From assembly GCF_038025025.1 (NCBI RefSeq), contig NW_027117345.1:1488001-1552000 (forward strand): 64,000 bases of DNA. Reading direction: 5' to 3'. The DNA is from Phyllosticta citribraziliensis (lineage: Eukaryota). Below are positions 36,791 through 49,331 of the stretch, in pieces. The translations under genes were made by a program, and so were the position numbers. Position 1 is the first letter of the stretch; every line of letters begins with the position of its first letter. Below the pieces are notes generated by a model, which ran no database searches, was not told the origin of the DNA, and saw only the letters and a program-made list of their open reading frames with translations.

Positions 36791-38720
36791 TCACGAACTG
36801 GAAGACCCGCTCACGGCAGAGATCCAATCATCCTCGCTTCCTTCTATCCTCACCGTCCGCACCTCGACCGTCTCTTCTTTCCAGATGCCGTTCTTCCCCG
36901 GTCCAGGTCCCTCCTCTTCTTCTGCCGCACCACCACCACCAAAGCCATGATGGTGGCTCCCAATCCTGCGCCCTTTGCTGCCTCTGGGCCCTTTCGGCCC
37001 CGTCTTGCCAGCCGTCACCGCCGACTCGCTGCACCCATTCAGCGTCCCTCCTAGTGACACGTTGACGGCCTCCTGCTCCGTCACCGGCGCCCGCACGTTG
37101 CCGCTGCTGCGATGCAGCGATTCGGCCGGGCGCGGCGCCTCCAAAGCCGTCTCGTTGTGCGGCGTGTGGCCGCTCGAGCTATCCACCTCGCCGCTCCCAC
37201 TGGCGCCTGCCGTCCCCAACGACACGGCGCCGACCGCCACGCCGCCGCTGTCGTCCGCGGGACTGTGCCTGCAGCCCATGCCCCAAGACACGTACTCGCG
37301 GTGCTGCGGGCGGCTGTGGTGGCGGCCCGGCACCGGCGGAGGCACGTCGAGCTCCAGGCCGGCGTCGGCTTCCGCGTCGCGATCCGTCGCGTTCGTGTTC
37401 AGCTTCTTGAGCGACGAGGTGGCTTGCAGCTTGTTCAAGGCGGAGCCGCTGCTGGCGAAGGGATCGGCGCCGTACGAGTGCGACTCGTCGTACGTGCCGT
37501 TGGAGGAGAAGCCGAGGCGGCAGGGGAGCAGGCGGAGGAGCGGTCGGAAGGTGTACAGACTTGTGGCGACAAGGCCTGCGGCGACTTCGATGTTGGACCA
37601 TAGAGCGATGGGGCCAAATGCCGCTGAATGTGGGAATGATTGTTAGCTGAGGCGTTGTTGAGGGGGCCAGCGTCGAAAAAGGGGACTGTTTAGCGGACAC
37701 ACCAAGGGGGTTTCTTTTGTCGGCGAAGCCAATTGCGTATTTGAAGCGGGCAATCGTGGCAACACTTGCACTGTGATAATAGTGAGCTTCACTCGGCACT
37801 AAAATAATGCTCCAGTACAAATGTCACGACTTACAATATCCCCAAGCCGAGTATGATCATAGTGGAAAACTTCACGGCGCGAGGGATCTGAAGGCCCCAT
37901 ATCAACGGTATCAAGCCCACAGCGTAGTATACGTCCAGTCCAATGCTGACGCCGGACCAGACGTGCGCGCTGGTCAGGATGAGATGTTTTGAGAGGCAAT
38001 GGCCCCCTTTGACATCACGATTCCACGCTCTTCGGGGCTGGATCAAGTCAGCGACGTGCGCGAATGTCACCTTTTCACATCTGCTGCTTTGGCAGCGATA
38101 AGACTTACAGGATTGCACTGAAAGAGCAATACGAAAAAGGTGTAGACGCTGATGATGACGTTGACGGCAGTAGAGGCAAAGTTGATCCGTCGCATCGTCG
38201 TGTTGGATTGGCCAATGATGCGTAGCTGGAGGATCGCCACGCTCAGCTTGACAAACGCCGACGTCGCAATGTATGTGACTTCGCAGACAACAAGGAACTG
38301 TAGGCACGGTAAGTTGGAAGATTGGTATACGGTCCCCTAGACGATAGCGTTTACCTTGACTCCGACCTGCAGCACGTGGTAAGAAAGCTCGTGCGTCGAT
38401 CTGCCGAAGCCTCCCTTGTAGAACCCCGTTATCATCAAACCAGTCAATACACAGTAGAGTACCTGGGTTCAGTATCAACAGCTGGTTGCCATATGCCGCC
38501 ATGTGTCAAGAGATAGCAGGACACTTACAGTTGCGAGAACGAGGAGGAAATCATCAGTAGAGCACTGTCTCTGCAGACGCGTGCGTATCAAGATGCGAAT
38601 GATGACGAAAATGATGGCCAGCGCGAGGCCTGTGGTGCAAATGGCGCTGATCTCCTTCTGATGCTCGTTGACGACGTACCGATAATTCGGATCGCCGTTC
38701 GGTTCCCGTGATTCCGCCAT
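36791..38720 (-). CDS. PTH11-like rhodopsin-domain integral membrane protein, multi-exon, convergent with the previous gene
   Basis: FVIIRILIR..STDD, VKLSVAILLRII, IALFQC-PRRAW, SIGLDVYYAVGLIPLIWGLQI, ATIARF and IEVAAGLVATSLYTFRPLL motifs with GT-AG introns. Confidence 0.85.
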
Positions 38721-40289
38721 GCCGGAGTGGGCCAGCACGTCAGTGTTGTGCCCGGCGCAGCAGCAGCGAAGGGTTTCTCATATCAGAAGAGAGCGGATAT
38801 GCGGGGAGGAAGACGATCGGCCGGCTGGCTGACGGGCTAACTTGCCAACCCGTGCTCCTCACTTATCGCTCAATGCGGCCAATACTTAGTAAATGATTCT
38901 CGTGTGGATGAAGACGCTGGCGTTATTAGGAGGCGGCTTGGGAAGTCTTGTTGCAGGCAACGGCAAATGCTAATCTCCAGCGGCATTCCGTTGATTGACG
39001 AACGAATGAAAGTTGGGCGTAAAAGGCCTTTTTTCTCGTTCCCTCACTGCCAGCCCACCGACTCGGTGTCCGGTACGAGCGAGCCCTTGTTGCTGAGGTA
39101 GGCAGTACAGCCGTTATTTTGACTTCTTTGTTATGCTTGGGTTTGGCGCTGCGGGGAGACGGCGCGATACCTATGATGTCCCGGCTTGGTGCAAATTTCC
39201 CCTCTGGAAGGCCAGCCGTGAACGCTCATAGGCTCTTTGTCCTGCTATCCCAGCAGTACCGTTCAATTAGGCTTCTGCGTCAATCAAAATCGCCGTGGTC
39301 CCGCTCTCATGCCGGCATGGCGCATCGAAGCTTGGCCTCCTTGAGCGCGAAGTAATTCTGCTTGGTAGACACCAAGCCCGCTTTGTTTTCGATCTTGGGA
39401 CAGGTTCGTGATCCAACCTTCGAATTGGTAAGAAGAACACGGCCACAAGCTTCGAGGTCGAACCCATCTGCAGATCATCAGCTCTTGCTGCGGAGCGTCC
39501 GAATTGGCTTTGACTCTAGCAGGGTTCCAGTCATAGCAAGCTCTGCCCATCCCGGCGCTGCACCGACCATACCTTGCTACAATGACATGCGTGGGGGACA
39601 TGGTGGATCCATAAAACCGTCTCTGGAGCATATGGCTCTGGAAAACTCACAATCAGGCGGTGATCCGCCGAGAGACTTTGGAGTCGACATTCAGAGGTTT
39701 CACAAGCGTCGATCCTTGGCTTCGGGACGAGTTGCCTCTGTGGCACGCGGCTTCCTTTGTCTGCTCTTCAACTGGGTCCGGCTCTTTGTCAGCATTCGCT
39801 GTGCACTTGGGATGCTTTGTTTTCGGATATCGACTTCGGCAGCCGCTTGAACTGATTCAGCAACCTCGAAGCGGTACAACGAGTCTGCCACAAGGTAAGT
39901 AATCAAGATAGTGGCAAGTTGAGCCAAATGAATAGTTAGGTGTGTCTTGCCACCAGAACATGATTCGAAATGGGGGAGGGAGCTTGATGAGTGGTCCCTC
40001 AAGTGCAACGAGTTATGCGCTATGCCTCCCCTACCAAGCTCTTTTGGTGATAAAGGGATTCCAATCCAAAATGAAACGCCTCCTGTGTCCAAGAAAGCAA
40101 GAACGCCCAAATGGTATCCAACTCCGTCTTCAATGCTGCTAAAACAACAACTTCTTGGTATCATGTCGTAAACAAGGGAGAAGCAACGCTCAAATGCTCG
40201 CTCGCTCGCGATGTTGAAGAAACAAAACAATGAAAGAAATGCCCTGCCAAACGCCTTCATGCTGTCGTGCCATCATTCTCGACTTCAAA

Positions 40290-43200
40290 CTACTCATCCT
40301 CGTCTTCAAAACCATAGCCGTCTGATCTATGCTTCTTTCCCTCTCGAATGACTTTCTTGATGCGCCTGGGCTTCATGTTTGCCCACATGGGCAGGACGAG
40401 CAGACGCGAATCGGTCGCCTTGCTGGCTTTGATCCAGCACAGCCATTTGCCCGCCATGGCAAAGACGAAGGAGAGGCTCTTGTCGCGCCAGTGCTTGTAA
40501 AGCGCCGATGCCTTCAGGAGTTCCCAGTCGCTGGGGGCACCAGTCAAGCTCCGGGTCCAGCACTTGACGACTGGGTGCGTCAGGTTAGTGGGCCTAATTG
40601 CGACAAACATGGCAAAGCAGTCGTTGACGGAGTCGGTATATGACTCGCCCTGCTTGGGGTGGTCAAAGTCGCGGCCGTGAATGACTGCATTCCAGCGATC
40701 TTTGACCTGTCTGATCGCCTTCTCCAATTGCTTCAGCTCGTCCGCGATTTCAGACATTTCCCCCCCATCTTCCTCGATGGCCTTGTATGGCGCAAGCAGG
40801 TCCTCATCGACGTCTACCCGCATGCTCTTGAAGTGGTCGGTGACAACCTTGAACGTCTCCCTAGTATGCGGTTCTATTGACTCGAAGTACATCTTGTCAG
40901 TGATGTTATCTTTTTGATACCGCATCTTGGTCAACTTCTTGGATTCCGTCAACTTCCCCTTCTCGAGTTTATCCAGCTTCCTAGCTCGTTCGTACGCGGG
41001 TTCTTTGACTTGTTTTCGTAGATCGAGTGACGTGATTTTGAACCTCTCGAAGGCGTTCTGGTCGAAACTGTAACCGTTCTTGGAAGAGTCCACTAGAAGG
41101 TCGTGCAAGTCTGCAAGAGCATTGATCTTTGGCGAATCAATGGTATTCTCCATGTAGCAGATCCGCTCGTGCAACTTGGTGGTTTGCCCAAGCAGATTCG
41201 TCTTGCATCGATATTCGAAGCTTGCCCAAAGAAAGTTTTGAATCGAGGGGCGTTTCGAGGGCGAACTCTCTTTCAGAAGCAAGTCTTTCAAACTCCGTTT
41301 GTCCACTTCGATGCCGTAGTCTCTGGGCGCGGGGTCTTGCAGCGGGGCAGGCGCATTTTTGAACGGCTCCACTAGGTCAGGCTCCCAACAGATCCAAAAG
41401 GTATCTCCATCGTAATCGCCGCCTTGCAGCTTCCCAGCAAGAGGATACTTGCCCTTCGTAGGAAACACGACAACATCTCGTAAATGGGCCAGATCGAATC
41501 GGAACGTGGTCTTGACCTTTTGAATATCTGACCTCCTTAATGCAGGGTTTCGGGCAACAAGGACGGAGCGATCGCGAAGAAAGGGGATGGATTCCCCGGA
41601 AGCATCATCTGTCAGACTTTGTGAAAAGCAGAGGTGGATTTCTCCAGGCTCAAGGACACCGAGGGGATCCGCCACGCCTTTGATGTAGGTGCAGCGTGGG
41701 AGAGGAATCCGGACATTCATGCGCAGCTCTTGAAGGCTTGTCGATACGAATTTTTCCGCTATGTCAGAAACATAGGGACATGAAGTGTCAAAGCCCGACT
41801 CTAAGAGAAGGACGAGCTTCTCGTGGTGGGACGTGGGCATTGCTCCTTGGTATCGAATGTCGTCCTCCCGATTCCTCTCCTCCTTGGTGGAGTTCTGGTC
41901 GTTGACCCATTTCCTCAGGCTCACTGGATCTTCCGACGACTCAACCAGCTTCGTCCTTTCTTGGTCCATGTATCGGCCAACCAGTCCCGTGAGGGTCTCT
42001 CCTGGGACACCCCTATCCAAGAGAATGGGGAAGAATGACAGATAAATCTTTGACGACGACGCTTGGTCTGTGATCGAATGCAAGTCGAAGGTCAGTCGTT
42101 GTGGATCGTATAGCGAGTCATCTCGGTCATCTTTGTGAGGCCAGAATTTGCGTTGGCTCTCGGTGACCTCGATCCAAATTTCCCTGTCATTTGGATTCTG
42201 GGTGTCCGAGGCAGCGCTAATACTCCACATGCCTTTGGCACCACCTATGCGGCCCTGAAAAGTGCTTGGAAGAGGCCCGCCTCTACCAACGTTTTTCCAA
42301 AGCTGTTGGGCAGCGCCGACAGAGATACGCGCACAGCCGTCATTCATCACTCGTCGTTCCTTGGTTTGATCTTTGGGCCATTCCAAGGCAGGGTCGTTGA
42401 ACTCGTCATCCTCGGGGGTGTCATCGGCAACGATGTCCAGGACGTATCTCACTTCCGACGGTTTGAACGACAAAGTTGGGGTGGTTGTCGTAAGTCCAAG
42501 AGAAATGCGCGCGAAAGCCTTCGGAAACGGTTGCGACGCATTGCGCTCATCAACGAAGGGCATAAACCAGTTGAGAAGATCGAAGGGGGACATGGCCTGA
42601 CGTGGAGCTCGACTGCTGACCTTCTGCGTCTTGCGGTCAAGGTCGCACCCGTTCATGGCAAAGAGTAACACCGAAAATCCTCGCATTTCCGTCGACTCGC
42701 CCTTTCGTTTCTTTGGTTGAAGCGGATCGACAAAAAACACCGTCCAATTGCGACCAAGAAAGTGTTTGGGCATCCTGAGCCATTCAACAAAACGTTCTGG
42801 AAGATAACCGTATTGCTCTTTGAGGTGGCTCGGCAGGGCATCGAGCGGCGGTACCTCAATGTAGAGGAAACGGTCACCACCAAAGGCTCTCTGGAAGCGG
42901 CAGGAGGTCTCGGTCCGCAGTGCTTGCATGTGCAGCTTGAACAGCGGTCCAGTATTTGAAGTGTTGAAACTGAGAGAACCCTTTAATTTGACGTTCTCGA
43001 AGTTTGCTGCCTCCCAGGCCTTTTGACTGCTGCGCTGGACAGAACTTGATTGATCTTGACAAGCCTCGTTCTGCATCAGGCGAGACCAAAAGTTTTCGTA
43101 GTCCTGGGCGCTTCCCGGTCTTGTTTCTATCAGGTCGTCCGGGTCGGAACCAATGGTTTGGGCGACTCGGACGTATTCCCATCGGTATTTGAAGGGCAGA

Positions 43201-44523
43201 CTCCGGAGCTTCTCTCCAATCTCTGGGACGAATAGATGCTGCGTCGGCAAGTTTTTGAGCTGGTGTTGCTATCCAGGTTTGCCGGGGCTGATGCAGATGT
43301 CGGTTTGTTCGGGAATTTCAATTTCGAGACCCTCTAAAGGATTTATCAAACCCTCGTCTTGCCGCAGGCACTGCAAAACATTCTCTGTGGTCTCATCATC
43401 CCAAGAGATTGTTCCTGAGCTGTTGAAATGCGGGGCGCTTTGCGATACCGTAGTCTCTGTGGTGAAGGAGGTATTCGCGGAACGAGTGTTGTCGCGATAG
43501 TGATTGAACACTGAATCCGTTCTTGAAACCTCAGTCGAGGTCGCAGAGGTGGCCGACACTGCTACCGACCGAGCCGTGCCACTGGTCCTTGAGGACGAGC
43601 GCGAGTCGTGCGTATCCTTCCGTGTCGGAGGAAGTCCAGGGACAGCAAATTCCGAAGATTTTCTTTTTCCGCTCAAGCCCCGACTGCACTTGGAGTTGGC
43701 GCGGTCCTCAAACTCTTCAGAGGATCTCTTGCGGCTTGGTTGGGGGTTGTCTTTGGTTCGCCGTCTGCAGCTCGCCTCCAGAGATGGAGAAGGTGGAGGC
43801 GTTGGGTCTTTTTCATCGTTACGCTTGGGCGTAGACGGCTGAATCGAACCCAGTGGGCTCCTTGTTGTCGTTCGCCCGAGGCTGCTGTTTCTTTCCGAGA
43901 TCAGAAAAGAAGAGACTGGGGGGCCCCCAGAGCCTGTCAGTCATTAGCATAACGAGGCACTGAGGCAAAACTTGATTCGGGGTCATCATCCGCTTGGCAA
44001 GCTTCTGGCATGGTCAATTATCTGCTAAGCAGGATGTAGTCCAGAAAAGCAGAAAGTGCAGACCGTCAGCAAACCTATCGGAACAAAGGAATCTATGCTT
44101 GAGGGCATGTGAACGAGTCAACCTACGAAGAGCATAATGAGGGACTGGAGAAGCTGGAGCAACTCTGTTGCTGGTGGGAGTCGTGCTCGGTTGTCTTGAA
44201 GATGCGCGCACTACCCTTTCACCGCGTTCCAAGAGTGCTCGGAGATAAGGCAGACGCTCCCTTGAGCTCTTGTGGCCTGCATTTTGGTTGAACTCAGCTA
44301 GAAGCTGCGGGAGAATTTCCCGACCCTGGAAATGAAGAAACTTGATTAGCCCGAAGCATTTCCCCGGATCAGATGGAGGCTGTCGGCTAGGAGACCATGT
44401 TTGATCTCGAGGGGTCAAGCCCAGCCTCCACCTGCTTTCGAGTCGACCAATGATGTCGTTGATTGCATCATGGTCCTCGTTGGATTTTTTTACAGGGCTC
44501 TGTAGAGCACTGCGGGTGTTCAT
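40290..44523 (-). CDS. qde-1: RNAi RNA-dependent RNA polymerase, QDE-1-like. Exon 1 44523-44127, exon 2 43933-40290, one in-frame TAG at 43271-43269
   Basis: NDGCARIS, FQGRIGGAKGMW, GVADPLGVLEPGEIH, VARNPA...DIQKV and catalytic LQGGDYDGD motifs. Upstream reading frames join in phase through a GTAGGT...CTGACAG intron to give about 1346 codons. Confidence 0.9.
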
Positions 44524-45101
44524 TTTGAGGTGCCAAACGAAGCGAGACGTAGCAATCAGAACTTGGGCAGACCCATCACCAGCGACAGCGTCAGAGTGCT
44601 TGGCGTCAATGTAAACCAAGGGGAGAGAGAATTGGGATTGGAGGGCAAATTTCCGACATCCAATGGCGTCTAGGCCAGGTGGGCAGACGCGGTGTCGATG
44701 TGGGTGTTTGGTGTTGGGTACCCAGAGCAAGCGGCGTGTGTGTCTGCCTGCACGCGGCTTATCGCGGACCGAGCCGGACCCTGGGCTTCGCGGAAACGAC
44801 CAGAACGAACGAATGGCCACATCACGTGCGTGGCTTTGCTCCTCCGAATGCCTGAGCCGTGGCCTGACTCGGCCCGAAACTGCCATGAGTGGAGTTGTAA
44901 ATTTCTCGGTGGTGCCAAAGTTGATTCAATTGATTCCAGTCACAGTAGCGAAAACGAAAAAGGTAGGGCATGTGAGGCGAGAATGCTCTTGATTGAGCAT
45001 CAGTCCGTCCTCCAAGATGGCAATTATTTCATCATGCGTTTGATTCGTGAAAACCAAGGACCATCCTGCTGTCCCTCCTCTATCAACCAGACCCAGATCG
45101 T

Positions 45102-45858
45102 TTACACCTTCATCTCGGTGAGACCGTGCTTCCAGATGGTGACGAAGGGAGTGATGCCGTCGTCGCGGTAGTTGAGGAGGATGACCCTGTGAAAGCGGTT
45201 AGGATGTGCTATTTTCCGACCAATGGCATTTCACTTACATTCCATCGGGGTCCATGGACTCGCCGATCAGGAACTCGTAGTCCTTGAAGTTGCCGACGAC
45301 CTTCTTGGCGAAGCCAGAGGCCTTGGTCTCAAAGTCCTTGACCTCCTCATCGCTGGCACCCTTCTCCTTGAGAGCCTCCTTGACCTTCTTCATGTAGGCT
45401 GTTTTGTTTGGGTTAGTGAAAGGCCATGCCGGGGCCGGGCGTGGCAGCACTTACTCTTGAGGTGAGACAGGTACGACTTCTTGTCGAACGAAGTCTCGTT
45501 GAGACGGAACGAGTGAACAACGTCCAGGACGGTCTGGGTGTTCTCGTCGACGTCGCCGTCACCGCCATCCTCAGCAGAGGGGTTGGCGCCAATGTCTTTG
45601 TCACATCAGCAGGTGGGAGGTGTTTGTTGAGACGCGTGGACTGACCAATGTTGTCGTTGCCGATGGTGATCTTCTGGCAGTCGGCCTCGTAGACAACGCC
45701 GTCAATCAGCTTGAGGTTGTACGAGTCGGAGATGAGCTCGTCGCCGGTGATGATGTCCTGGAGGCAGTGTTAGCGCGCAAAGTCGCGGTGATTCTTTCAA
45801 GCGGCGGGGGAGGATGCGGAGCAGTGTTGCGAGGACAGCGCACCTTGTAAATGATCAT
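45102..45858 (-). CDS. TMA19: Translationally controlled tumor protein (TCTP), multi-exon
   Basis: [47 protein letters not shown] and [14 protein letters not shown]. Confidence 0.96.
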
Positions 45859-46531
45859 TTTGGCGGTTGTGGGGAGGAGACAGCGGATAGCAGGGGAAGG
45901 GGAGTAGGAGGCGGCGGCCGGGGAAGGTAAATAATATGGCGGTGATTTGCAGGGCGGAGAGAAGTTTTCCCAGAGGGCGGTCGGTGCAGGTGGTGGGGTT
46001 CAAGTTGGGCGGGCTCGACGAGCAGAAAAGCTTAGCGCCGAGAGGGGCCCAGGCTGAGGGGAGACCAGCAAGGTGGCCTGAGCGCGGGGTGTGAAGGACT
46101 AAGGTAGGTAGGGCACGGTGCCAAGCAATTCCGGAAGCAGACTCGGCCCGGTACCGTAAGGTACCTGTAAGGTATGGAACACAGCACATGACTAACCCTC
46201 CAGCCTCAGGCACCGAGCCAAAGCCAGGCACCGGGCAATCTCCGCTTTCGCCCTCGCCGACGCCGACGCCGTCCGCATCCGACCCCGTCGACCTGACCAT
46301 CCATCCATCCACCGTAAAGTAGCCTGACAGCATCCCACCCGCCCCGGACCACTCTTGTCTTGTCCTGCTTAGGAACCGCACTCCTTCGCCTCCTTGCTCT
46401 CCATCCTTCCAAACCATCACCCTCTCCCGTCTGCCTGCCGCCTCCACCATATCCTCTCCAGTCTTTGCGCCGCGCCTTCGCCCTCGTCCCTCCGCACCCT
46501 CAGCTCACGAGAGCGCTTCCATCCGCTTTGC

Positions 46532-47934
46532 ATGGTGGCGCAAGCTCTTGCAATGGCGAACGCGACACTCGCGAGCGGCCTCCCTCCGCTGCCAGAATAC
46601 ACCCTACACCCTCTTCCGGCCCTCGTCCCATGGCTCCCCGACAAGTACCTGGTACTGGCCCTCCCCGTCGCCGCCTACTGGATCGTCTCGTTGTTGTTCC
46701 ACTTGATTGATACATACGACCTCTTCCCCGACTACCGACTGCACACCCCTCTCGAGCTGCTGCAGCGCAACCATGTTTCCCACCGCGAGGTTCTCCAGGA
46801 CGTAGTCTTGCAACACGTCATCCAGACAATCTTCGGCGCGCTTTTGGCTTGGTTTGACCCTGAACCAACCTTTGGAAAGGAGGACCACGATGTTGCTGTC
46901 TGGGCCCAAAGAATCCGCATTGCACAACGAGCCATACCGGCTGTCCTCGGAACCCTGGGCCTCAACCCGAGTGCCGTTGCGAAGAATCTTGCTGGCTCGT
47001 TTCCGTCGATATCCGGCGCTCTTGCCGGCGGTCAATATCCCTGGCTCGTGCAGACGATTGTCGCCAACGGTGATCTAGTCACCGCTCCCGCCTTTGCGTC
47101 CTGGGAGATTTTGTTTGCCAAATTCATTTACTGGGTCGCTTTTCCGGCAATCCAGTTCGTGTTTGCCATTTCCGTGGTGGATACCTGGCAGTACTTTTGG
47201 CACCGCGGCATGCACATGAACAGATGGCTCTACAGTATGACTTCTTCCCAGACTTGCAAAATTCGTGGTCTGACTTTATTGCAGCAACCTTCCACTCGCG
47301 TCACCACCGTCTCTACGTGCCGTATGCCTATGGTGCCTTGTACAACCACCCTGTTGAAGGCTTCCTGTTGGATACCCTAGGAACTGGAGTTGCCTATCTC
47401 CTTTCCGGAATGTCTGTTCGCCAGGCCATGTGGTTCTTCACGGGTTCGACCATCAAGACCGTCGACGATCACTGCGGATACGCTTTGCCCTTTGACCCGC
47501 TCCAGTTCATTACATCGAACAATGCAAGCTATCACGACATTCACCACCAAAGCTGGGGCATCAAGACCAACTTCTCCCAGCCATTTTTCACAATCTGGGA
47601 CCGTGTCTTGGGCACCATGTGGAAGGGCGACGTCTCGCTCAAGTACGAGCGCCAGCGCAAGACTGCTGAACGCAAGGCTGAGACTGAAGCGCTGAAGCCC
47701 CAATTTCTCCCCCCGGAGCTGAAGCCTGAGCCAGTCCCATCCTCCGAGCCTTCCTCCGAGGTCGACAGCGCGATGGAGGAAGTGCCGCAGGTGGCGCTGC
47801 GCCGCAGCCCCAGGAAAAAGGCGTCGAGCACATCTCAGCAATCTGCTGGCAGTCTGAAGAACTTGCGTGAGCGTGTCAATGGCAGCCTCCAGGGACGAGG
47901 ACCCAACGTGCTTGGTCTTGAAAGCACCCACTAA
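46532..47934 (+). CDS. SUR2: Sphinganine C4-hydroxylase (Sur2/BasA), intron 47235-47284
   Basis: His boxes DTWQYFWHRGMH, HSRHHRLYVPYAYGALYNHPVEG and HDIHHQSWGIKTNFSQPFF. The start could be the ATG at 46553. Confidence 0.95.
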
Positions 47935-49331
47935 AAATCCTTATCTCGACCTGTCCTCCTCTTCTGCAGTTGACGTCGACTGGGAATTGAAACAATCAAA
48001 CAAACCTGTAATGTATCACGATCACACACACTCACACCTTGGATTCGGGAGCTTCCTGGCGCATGCAGTCCTAGCATTGTTCTTAATCCAGCATACGTTT
48101 TGTCCTGTCCTGCAGCGCTATCTAATTGCTTCCATTCCTCTCATGCGCCTTCCGTAGCTACTCGGCTGGACATGCCGGCGACGGGGACGTGACGCGGCCG
48201 CCGTTTTCTCCTTTCCCCCTTCGAGATCAAAAAAGAATCGGTGTAGCCAAGAGACGCCATGAGCGTTCCTGCTACAACAAACTTCCCTTCTGCCCTTGTC
48301 TTCTTTTCCTCTGTCTCCTCTTCCTCTTCTCCTCTCTCTTTCTCCTCTACTTTCTTGTATTCTATGTAGACCGGCGCAGCGACCGGCTCCTCTGTCGTCT
48401 GCTACAGCGGGGCGGGCTCGCCGGGGCTTTGGGCATAAAACCTTTTAGTCTGGCTGTCTCTCTTGTCTCTCTCATCTACCTCCTGGTTGGGTTAAAGGTC
48501 TTGCCGCCGCTTTGGGATCGCTTGGGTCGGTTAATGGCAAATCGAATATATTCTGCTGTGCTTCGTCCCCTGGTGTGTGCTGTCTGCGGTCCCCGGGTTG
48601 TAGCATTTGCTGCTTGGGGAAGGCGAAAAGTATGTACTGACAAGTAAACAAGAGACGCGGTGAGTACGCGTCGCGGCGTCTGAGTCGTGTTGTGGTTGTG
48701 TTCATCGACACGGCTTGTGTGTGGTACCATCGACCCACGGCGCACGATGTTGGCGTGATGCCAACGCCCTCTCGAGCCACACTTAGACCATCTGGCCTTG
48801 AACGGGGTAGACAAGGGATGGGCTACGCGCGTATGCTATTTGGCACCACTGAAATGCTAAATACGCTTACGTAGATATAGTCTTTGGTGCCAGGTACATA
48901 GATAATGTTTCACGGCGAGAAATTGGAGTATGGTGAAAAGGCATTGCCATTGCCCGAGTGTACTGCGTGATTGAGGTCTCGCTCGCTACCTAGACTTTTT
49001 CCGGTTCTCTTTTGCCACGTCTCATTTCGTTCTGTCTGATTTGGCTTGTATCGCCTCGTCGAGTTGCCTGCGCCCTTCTGGTCACCCATCATGCCGTTGT
49101 CCCTGATCGGCTGCGCAGGCAGATACTGTTCCATGGCTCTACCTCTCTTCAGCCTGAAGCGAACAGGACAAATCGACTGAGCACTGCTTTTTTATCCTTC
49201 ACCTACCCATCTGACCATGATTGCCATGCCAAAATACTCACTGCTCCCGCCAATAAACGCATCCAACCTGCCTCCTCAATCGTCCGGGCAGCTTGGAGCA
49301 CCCACAAATCGCATGCCTGTCCCAGCCCACC

